DNA of 64,000 bases from Balanoglossus misakiensis (Eukaryota; Animalia; Hemichordata): contig CM082582.2 of assembly GCA_040954595.2 (NCBI GenBank), positions 5,316,303-5,380,302 of the forward strand, read 5' to 3'. Under the pieces are notes generated by a model. That model did not search any database. It saw nothing but the letters and a program-made list of their open reading frames with translations, and had not been told where the DNA came from. This document shows positions 54,323-64,000 of this stretch, in pieces (positions within the stretch are counted from its first letter, which is position 1; every line of letters begins with the position of its first letter). Position numbers and translations under genes: made by a program.

Positions 54323-57300
54323 ATGCCGCTGGACACGGTGCTTTGCTTGGACACGTCTGGCAGCATGGCCGGGCGTGGAATGAGAGAGCTGAAGATAGCA
54401 GTTGACAACTTTCTTAACGGTACGTTACAATGAGTTGGTTTATTTGTGAACTATTGAAGGCCAGTTTTCCGTCGAACAGTTTTCAGCAACTCCAATACAT
54501 TTTAGTATACAGCCGCGATTAACAAAACAGGTCTTTCACCTATGTACTATTCCATGCATTTTTGCATATCAGTTTTATCAAGAAATTTAGTATTTGGTAA
54601 TTAGTGACGGTAATTATTGAAAACCGATGAAAACAGATGCTGTATCTCTTGCAATTTTAGCTTTAAACCATATTTGTGCTGGAAACCAATCAATGTACAT
54701 CTAATATTTGATTTGTATAAGCCACCGCTTACTGTGCATCTATTGATTTGTCCTATAGGCGTGGAAGCCACGGTACGTGACTGCAGTCTTAAAGAAAACG
54801 TAGCAGTTGTGGAATTTGGTAAAAATGAACGAATCGTACAACCTTTAACAAACGAGTACGCCAAAGTGAAACGAGCAGTAGGTATGCATATATATTTCCG
54901 ATTACACACCAATGAGTTCAGTTCAACACGCATGCTCAACGTGATCGGACCATCTATGAATTCAATAACAAGTATATATAGGGGAAGTCCTATGTACACC
55001 GAGACTGAGATTTCTTTATTTTGGCCGCTTTGATGCAAATATGTTTTAATGGTACCACGGTGAAATACCCCAATTTCATCCCATTTTAACATTAGCCTCC
55101 CAAATAGATCCTGAATATAATCGTTGTCTTGAAATCATGACATGAATGGAATTCGAACACGCACTTATTGATCGATGGGCATGTAAATAATGTCGATTCC
55201 TCCATACTCTTCTCATTCGAAGTCTGAGTCATGTTCGACTTCAAAATTGGCATTCTGAATGAAACCGTTGATCATATGATTTGCTATATCATTTTATTAT
55301 CGCTATCTGCCACAGTGGGATTGCAACCAGGGGGACGCACTCCAATGTTTGCTGGATTGATGAAAGCAATGGAGGAAATACTTCAAAACGGTAGGTACTC
55401 ATGACTAAGTTTTCCCTTCAAATACGCTGCCACTGCAGGGAAGGTTACGTGGTGAGGTGTCATGCATCCTGTCACTTTGCTGATACGAGTTTACCATTTT
55501 TACCATCTTGAACGTTCAACCTGTTCAAGCTGACTCACCCTATGCAAAATTGAATGATGAATGATGCTTGCCAACGAAAACGCCAGGATGTAGGGTCATG
55601 TGTGGGTAATGAAAGTGGCCCGTTGGTCACTAACATACATTTGTATAGAAGATTCGTAGATTGACTATTTTGTGTTTTATCTTTTTACTTTCTGCTTGTG
55701 CATGCAGGCTAATATATTTTATTGCAATTTTGACATAACCAAAACTGATCCCTTCCTAGCTGAATGAATGAATTATGTTTGGTGTCCGCCAGCTTCAAGT
55801 TTTAAATTCAGTCGACTGTCTTTAGTTGATTCATATTAACGCCAGAAATTATGTTTTCCTTGGTCGGTAGGCGGCGTCCTCAAAATAGCGGGAAAGACCC
55901 TGACTCCGAGGGTGATCTTGATGACTGACGGTGTGCCAACAGACGAAAAGGGTGAATCTGATGAGGTAAGATCACAAAGTATGACGAAATGTGATTGATG
56001 AATGAAAACAGGTATACATGTACGTGTTTACAATGCTAATTATATAAGCGAGAGTTGTGTTTGAAGTATTTGTTGTACGGATCGTTTTTATTCGTGATGT
56101 CGGTCCTATTTGTCGCGCACAATTTCCACTTCAGGCAAAAATACAGGTCTTAAAAGCGGCTGCAGCATTTGGACCAGGATTTAAAGAAGTCGGACTTCCG
56201 CACCCGATACCTATCGCGTGTGTTGGATGTGGCGAATGTGATCCGGTAAGAGACAAACAAGGAACCTTTGTTTAAAATTTCCCATCGATTCGGCGAAACT
56301 CCTGTTAAGATACAAAGTAGTATCTTAGGGACAGATTTTCAACAACAAAAATTAAAGTTACTTAAAGCTTTCAATTCATTGCTATTAAAGTGTGAGGGGT
56401 ACGGTAATATTTTGAAAACAAAGAAGAAATCAAGGGGCTCACCGTCTACATTTAACAGCGCCCATTGTATGTTTTACCACCATTTTGTATTTCATACAGA
56501 GACGGTGCGAATTCAGTGGACGCTACGCCAATACTAAATGCTATACACTTTGTGTTGCACTCTGACGTAATTTTACACATTTTTCTTTCATATGCAAGGA
56601 ACTACTTGGAGCAATCGCCAAGCTAACCAACGGCATGTTCGTTGTTGTCGATAACGTCGAAGAGCTAAGCACCTTCTTCAAGCGACAGGTGGGTAATGTA
56701 GGTTGTCTCGGCTATGTATGCGAAGGTGCATTATGGTCATGAATGGCATTTTCTATCAATTAAATCCACAAAAATCAAACAAAAGAAAATTCACAAAAAC
56801 AACAGTTATCAATGAAATTGAAACCGTACCACCAATGAGCTTCTTCATCTAATCATGCGAAAATAACTTGAATATTTGGAAATTTTCGAATTGGGTTGAC
56901 TGAATACGTACCTTTTGCTACAGGTATTGCTAATCCGCTTTGCTGCCAAATTTGCAGATGGTAAGTGAAGTTAACTGAGTATACCACGAGGGTATCGTGA
57001 CTACTTTTAATATGATATCAACTTGCGATACATGGTCCGATCTACGCCGTGTACCACAGCAGACAATGAGCTATACGTATATCAAAACGGCGTGACGCAA
57101 TACACGAAAGGAATCTTGGGATTCTTGAAACTGCCTTGTTGTGTACCTTATGTGTTCAAGATACGCACTGTATCACGACCAACGGTTGCCATGCAATTTT
57201 CACACAGACATGGAAAACCTGTGCTCACTGCTGGTCCTCCGTGAATTCATGAAAGCCCTCGGCGAGGCCGTGGAAGAGGCGGAAGCGGAAGCCATGCTGG

Positions 57301-60300
57301 GGATGCTGATGGGAATGATGGGAATGGGAAATAAGGTAATGTGTGATTGTTTGTTGATTCTTATCACCCTATTCATAGACCCAAGGGAAACTAGGGTCTA
57401 TGCCCTATCATACTGCACCTGGGTCATAAACGTAGAACTCGGACAAATATTTCGATAAGGACACTCTGTGTCTGTTAAGGTATCTTCTCCGTACAGATAT
57501 TCTGCCTTCGTTGTTTCATGTTGCTAAACATGATTTGGAAAACAGAGAAGTTATTGTGTTACTTACTTAAATGTGATTATGCTTTGTTTTAGGAGTTGGA
57601 AGGTCTGCCGCCCCTGGGAAGTAGAGTAAGAAGAGGCAAAGACTGGATATACAAGGACCAGGATAAAAATGGAGTTGGAACCGTGATAGAACACGACAAA
57701 GACGGTAATGGAATCACCATGTGGTGTAAAACCATCTGATATTGCAAAACGGGGAACTTGATAACCTGCATCATATTCTCGATTTTCTCTCTAGTTGGTC
57801 ACAACCACACCAATATATTCAATATTTCGACAAGAGGTTTGTACTTAAGTATAAGTTTATAAAACGAGAATGAACAAGAATAACTTATTTACCACTCTTG
57901 CAGAATGGGTGCTTGTTGAATGGGACCACGGCGACTGTAACAAGTACCGATGGGGAGCAGAAGGCAAACGAGATCTAAAGGTAATACCACTCAGCCTGTT
58001 AAATATAATTGAAATAGGACAATGACTTTAAGTCTTTGACATGTATATATTCATGCACTCACCAGAACTCTTATATCTCAGTGACCTATTAGAAGAGTGA
58101 ATCACATTTCATTTTCCAGTATATAGATCCTAAGTCACAATTTGAGTGTAAGTGAAATATAGGATCTTTTACTTCATTTACGAGTAGATTGGTACATAAA
58201 ATACATGGTTTCCTATACTGTCAATGCAAGATTGCAGCAAGGACCGCACGACATGAACTGCTGAATTTGTTTGTTTGGTTTCTTTTTCAAAAGATTGTGG
58301 ATGAACCAAGAATGCTGAAGCCCGGTGAAAGCATCAACGTTGGCGTGCGAGTTAAGAGAGGTATTTACTTCTCAAATAATATTTTGCATATCTCATATCT
58401 ATAGCGTTGATAAATGTACACATGCATGCTTGTCTAGTTTAGTTTTTTCATACTTAATATAGGGCTTTTGTCAGAAAAAAAATCATCCGATTGTAAACCG
58501 CCACTACATTAAATAAATGTCTCAGGGATTTTCATAAAGGTCACCCCTGATTTAATTTATTTTATTTAGGCAAAGACTGGAAATGGGACAACCAGGATGG
58601 TGGTGCGGGAAACATAGGATTTGTATATAAAGTTCATAAAGGGACTCAACAGGGTTTGGTTCAGGTATGGTTCTGAATTAATTGATCTAACATTCATGAA
58701 GGTCTTTTCTTCGCATTTTTTAATTCACACTTCGCAAATATATTACAGCATGCATGGTTGAATTAAATCTTATTTGTAAACAAAAATAGCATATCAGATA
58801 GCAAACATTTCTCACAATTTTCATGGTCTATTTTAGGTGCGGTGGCCCAGTGGGGTGAAGGCGGATTATCGATTTGGAAGAGAAGGCTGCTATGACCTTA
58901 CAGTCATCAGGTAAATGTGTTTATCATCAATGAGCTATAGATAATGTACATATTGGAGCGAGTAGTGATTTAATGACTTTTTATAAAATTGCAGCCGATC
59001 ATCAATGACCATTTATCAGTTGCCTAATTCTAACACAGTGTGATGTTATTTGATGAAATAAAATTTGATTTCGCCGGTGTTGGCATTAATTGATAATGAT
59101 GAATCATGATATGTTACATTTTCTCGTGTAACAGTGGTGGTCGGGCTGCCCTCCCATCGACTGCCAAGACACCCGAGTTGGTTGAAATTGACGACGTCAG
59201 TAGTGGTCCAAAAATTACAGAAATTAAGGGACCTTCTGGTTTACTGGCTATTATGGGTGGAAGGAAGCCTCCCGCCGGGGCTGTGCAAGTACTACCGCCA
59301 CCAGTGGCAGCAGCGAAACGACCAGTGGCCGCAGCCAAGTTGAAAACGGAGAAAAATCGTGAAATACTCGCGCGTGGAACAGGTATATGTCCTGTAATTG
59401 TGGAGTTTTACGAAGTATGCCCCCAACGGCCGGCCGAGTGAAGCTTAGGGCATCTCTTATAAACAGTTGAGGGCGAATCAGTGGGTAACATGTAAAGAGG
59501 CCTGTAGAGAAACGTGGGCTGTGAGAGAGTATAAATCAGCACATTATTGTATGTGATAACGACAGTGTGAAAATATGGGACGTCGACCGAAGCACATTAC
59601 TTACGGAAGAGTCAAATTATAATGTATAAGCCTTGCACGAACTGGCATTTTTTCCGTGGGTGTCCACTGAGATGCGGGTATACTCCCTGTGGAACGGAAA
59701 TTTTAGTTTCGTGAAGAGTACATGTCTGTTTCTTACTGTCTGCTTTGAACACACCGTTTGGTCTTAACTATACATACATACTGATGTAATGATATTCCAA
59801 AACACAGCCACAACTTATAATGCTTATAATTGTATATACTGGTGTCTAGACGCTGAGGAGCCAAAAACAACTTCATCGAAGGGTGAGATTATGTGCTGGA
59901 GATGGGAAGATGATAGTCACCAATGGCGACTATTGGATGACACGGTCTGCAAACAATTAGAAGCCAGTTACAGCCAGAACCCAAATGGTTGCGTTGCTGT
60001 GAACATTGGTGATCACGGGTAAGATTGCCCTAATTTGATCTTCATATGGACAAAAATGAAGAGTGTATAGTTGTCTGTTAAATCATTGTTAATTTAACTA
60101 ACCGACAACACGATCAATGATTTATAAAGACTTCAACTGTGAAAATCTACCATGCAGACATTTTTTTTTGCATTATCACATACAGGTACAATTTTGATTT
60201 CAAAAAGATGCATCAAGTAAACCAGAAAACTGGGCGTGAAAGAAAAATTAAAAGAGAAGGTAAACTGACAGTGATTTTTCATTCCTGTTATCTTTGACAT

Positions 60301-60679
60301 CAATGAAAGTAAATGAGTGAGTGAGTGAGTGAGTGAGTGAGTGAGTGAGTGAGTGAGTGAGTGAGTGAGTGAGTGAGTGAGTGAATGAATGAATGAATGG
60401 ATGAATGAATGAATGAATGAATAAGTGAATGAATGAATGAATGAATGAATGAATGAATGAATGAATGAATGAATGAATGAATTTAAATTGCCTTTCACGT
60501 GAAAATTGTGCCAACAATAAAAACGTTTCCCTGTATTCCAATATTCACTTTATTTACGAGTCAGATTGCTATCTCATTGTTCCTGTCGTCAGCCAAAAGT
60601 AACCATTTCATCTCTTTTCGCAGCAATTGACCGTGAAGAATATGATGTCTTACTGGAGATTGAAAAAATGTTGCTATGA
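54323..60679 (+). CDS. VWA + 2x MIB/HERC2 + WWE domain protein (gene F, ~575 aa, 17 coding exons)
   Basis: Exons 54323-54419, 54759-54881, 55316-55390, 55871-55965, 56135-56245, 56599-56688, 56924-56960, 57208-57335, 57593-57704, 57904-57980, 58294-58360, 58570-58664, 58837-58910, 59135-59382, 59850-60018, 60186-60259, 60624-60679 = 1728 nt. Same N-terminus MPLDTVLCLDTSGSMAGRG as gene E; WWE pattern WRWEDDSHQWRL..LEASY..YNFDFKKMHQVNQKTGRERKIKR. Confidence 0.87.
57374..57402. mobile_element. 29-bp transposon remnant, 7-bp TSD (1 mismatch)
   Basis: ccctatt|CATAGACCCAAGGGAAACTAGGGTCTATG|ccctatc; same termini as 41717. Confidence 0.75.
60312..60482. repeat. (TGAG)n/(TGAA)n microsatellite
   Basis: Direct reading. 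Confidence 0.97.
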
Positions 60680-62229
60680 GTCACGGTAGTGTGGCAGATG
60701 TCAATCAGAATCGGAGGGCACAGGCCCTGATTGACACATTCTGGCTTTTCGACGTCCCTGGAGGCTATTACTAACACTGTATTCGCCTTGTAAAAAACCC
60801 TCAAAAGTAAATAATGTACTTTGAACAATTCAATAGCATTATTTTATATTACTGTTGGAGTAAGTAAAAATATATGGGACCACAGTTACAATAATTTCCG
60901 TCCTTTGTCCCATTGTTTTCTGGGATGCTGAACACCAACCTATGAATATATTTCAACCCGGAAATTTAAAACTCGTCTCGACAAACACTGTAATGTAGCT
61001 TGTAGAATAAATACTATCGTGGACAACTAATTACGCATGTTCTATACTTAGGTGATTGAGTTAACAAATATTTATAAGTGTCATTGAAGGGAGAGAGAAA
61101 TGGAAAGTACGTGTACTTTAATATAATGCGAGAACTAGAATGGTGTTATCATTTACTGAGATATTTTGAATCCAGTTCTGCTATAATCAAATAGCGATAT
61201 GAAAACTGCAATGGATTTTAAGTTTTAACCAACAGCAGTCAAGATATTCGCATAAATAAAAACAAGAGGAAACGAATAGTATGCTGAGCTGAGTCTGTTT
61301 ATTAAAATCATTGGTACTTGTATCTTCAAAAATTACTATCAAACAGCATGATGAACCCCATTCAATACAGAACCTTTCTCGCCAAGTTCACTCCGATTTT
61401 CAGTATTTTTTCCTACATTCTGGATGAAACGATGTCAAGAATTAGTCAACACTACACTGCAAATTCTGCAAAAACAAGCCGGTTTGTACTCAAGCCATTC
61501 GGGTTTGCTGGCAAGCCACCTCGTCATACTTGCCGAAACTTCGGTATTTCCACAAGCCGCTAAATTTTCTGGTGTGTGCCAGCAAGCCAGTCAATGTTAG
61601 AAAAATGGTTTGTAAATACGCCGCTGGACAACCTGTCTGGAATGGCTTATTATTAAGCCATTGAACAAAATCTCTGGTTTGCTCGCAAACTTTAGTGATA
61701 CTTATGTCTGGCTCGAATCTGTACCATATTTAACCTTGGCTGCATTTTAAGCCGTTGGAGTTAGTGGTCGCTTTTCAAACCATAAAAAGATGTAAGTATG
61801 GTTTGAAAACACGCCATGGAAAACTTTGCCGGGATGTGGTTCATATACACGCCACGCTGGGCACAATGTCTTGCGAAATACCCTGATTTGGCGCGCGAAT
61901 GCAGGGTCAAAGTTTATTTATTACACAACTACAACGTTTTGACGCGAGAGAAGACGGTCCACGGGTGAGGAAGCCGATCGAATCACGTCGTTCCCTTTAT
62001 AAAATTCGTTCAGCGATTTACAATGCACTCAACCTGTTCCTAAGGTAGAACCGAAATACCATATGCGTGGATAATTACTTTGGCACCGAGCATCGTCATG
62101 GAAGGATGACATCTAATGACTTAGCAGTTGACCGCCAGCATCTACGAGACCGTAACATAGAACAATGCCGGTTGGGGTAAGTCCTGCTTCCATTCCATTT
62201 TGTGACAGTAACTACATTTTTGCGAGCAG

Positions 62230-62930
62230 TGAAGATAATACAAAATTAACAGGCCCGAATCCTGTATATACTGACTTGATCATGTGTTGATGATAGCTGA
62301 AAAGCATGTGAGAAGAAGTAATGTCAAAAGTTTGACAGCATAAAATGATAAAGCAGGGAGTGGGGCCCCAAAGGAATTTCATTATTCTTGCTATTTTCAG
62401 CCTCCATCCCCGTTCATTTTTGTTTATGCATTTTTGTGAGCGAAGACGATGCAAAGTATGTCACTATTAACAGGCCCGAATCCTGTATATACTGACTTGA
62501 TCGTGTGTTGATGATAGCTGAAAAGCATGTGAGAAGAAGTAATGTCAAAAGTTTGACAGCATAAAGTAGGGAGTGGGGCCCCAAAGGAATTTCATTATTC
62601 TTGCTATTTTCAGCCTCCATCCCCGTTCATTTTTGTTTATGCATTTTTGTGAGCGAAGACGATGCAAGGTATGTCACTATTAAAAGGCCTGAATCCTTTA
62701 TATACTGCATTGATCATGTGTGGATGGTTACAAAAAAGTCTGAGCAAATCAAAAGAATTTTTTTAATGCAGCTCCGGAGTGGGGCCCTATAGCGCTATAG
62801 CCTAGGAATTTCACCATGCTTGCTATTGGCAGCCTACATCCCCATTCATGTTTGTTTATGCACTTTTACTAGTCAAGATAATTCAAAATATGTAATAATA
62901 TCTATACTGTATTGATCATTTGTAGATCGA
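62230..62930. repeat. ~220-bp tandem repeat, ~3 units with a decaying third copy
   Basis: ATTAACAGGCCCGAATCCTGTATATACTGACTTGATC at 62246 and 62466, degenerate at ~62679. Confidence 0.88.
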
Positions 62931-63682
62931 GAGATATTTCAAATATATGAAGCTTCGAGTGGGGCTAGTGGCAGTGGAAGTCAACATTGGGGGGGGGGGG
63001 GTAACCGCAATAAAAATGTTGTTTTGTGTTCCAATACTATATCAATGGATACCCATAATATTTAAATCATTGGCTGAATAATTTTTTTTTGATAAACCAT
63101 GATCTCGGACCACAGGATTATTTAACCCCTGCATGCCTGCGATTTGTAACAATAATGATTCCTACTTTAATTGAACCCCAGATATTTGCATAAGAATGAA
63201 ATAAATGATCTTGGTTTTGCAGGAGTGGTGATACTGGTTATGGGAAGGAGCAGTTGTTATTTTATTAGGCACCACAAAAATATGAAAAAGTCAACAAGTA
63301 GCATTTATGTTGAAGCATACACGGTATGTATAATTAAGTAGATTTTGTTATTTTTTAATATCCATTTTTGTCATCTAGTCATCTGTTTTCTTTACAGTTT
63401 AGTTTGTAGGGACTTCATTATAAAATACCAACCATGTGGTTATAATTTCAGTATTGCATTTGGGAAGAGATTTTACTATTTATGCCTAAAAACTAATTTT
63501 AAAGGAACATGCCTATCTGTATTTATTAATATAGTCCAGCTATCATGTATGTAACATGTATTCAGTTATAGTCAAAGGAAACAATTCACTAAACTCTAGG
63601 TGCGAAATTTCATGCATTGCTCATTGAATCAATTTCATCTTGTTTGTTACATGATGTGTATCTCATGGTTATGTTTGTGTTT

Positions 63683-64000
63683 CATGGTTGCTGCCTATAA
63701 CATTAGGATGGCACCATATTGTAGTGTTGTATCGATCAGTCTCATGTTCTCATATGGTTGCTGCCTATAACAGTAGGATGGCACCATATTGTAGTGTTGT
63801 ATCGGTCAGTCTCATGTTCTCATATGGTTGCTGCCTATAACAGTAGGATGGCACCATATTGTAGTGTTGTATCGGTCAGTCTCATGTTCTCATATGGTTG
63901 CTGCCTATAACAGTAGGATGGCACCATATCGTAGTGTTGTATCGGTCAGTCTCATGTTCTCATATGGTTGCAGCCTATAACAGTAGGATGGCACCATATC
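63683..64000. repeat. 70-bp tandem repeat (>=4.5 units, runs off the window)
   Basis: GTAGTGTTGTATCG at 63721, 63791, 63861, 63931. Confidence 0.96.

Noticed and set aside
60900-62200. Possible gene or element downstream of gene F
   Set aside because: No recognisable domain, consistent exon chain or clear TIR/TSD.
63683-64000. 70-bp periodic array as CRISPR
   Set aside because: Whole units are near-identical; it is a minisatellite.

Overview
Intron-rich, AT-rich animal genomic DNA, probably a marine invertebrate (a deuterostome is plausible but unproven); not prokaryotic, so most ORF-track entries are single exons or noise. Manual splicing gives seven genes: (1) a secreted short pentraxin (-); (2) a class A peptide-type GPCR with an intronless CDS (-); (3-5) three intact six-exon paralogs (A -, B +, C -) plus one dead orphan exon, encoding a ~503-aa type II membrane protein that fuses an FkbM/Methyltransf_21 SAM methyltransferase to a NodB/CE4 deacetylase-like domain lacking its catalytic residues; (6-7) a head-to-head paralog pair with a VWA(MIDAS) + 2x MIB/HERC2 core, one ending in an acidic tail and CCCVIL CaaX box, the other in a WWE domain, with IRF/ISRE-like motifs between them. 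The methyltransferase paralogs sit in alternating inverted duplications, look mosaic, and have one exon with almost only non-synonymous differences. The rest is a deleted BEL/Pao LTR element, an L1/Tx1 fragment, a SINE fragment, many MITEs/foldbacks (several confirmed by empty sites in paralogous copies), two 26-29 bp P-element-like footprints, and micro/minisatellites. Exon coordinates and counts were derived by hand.
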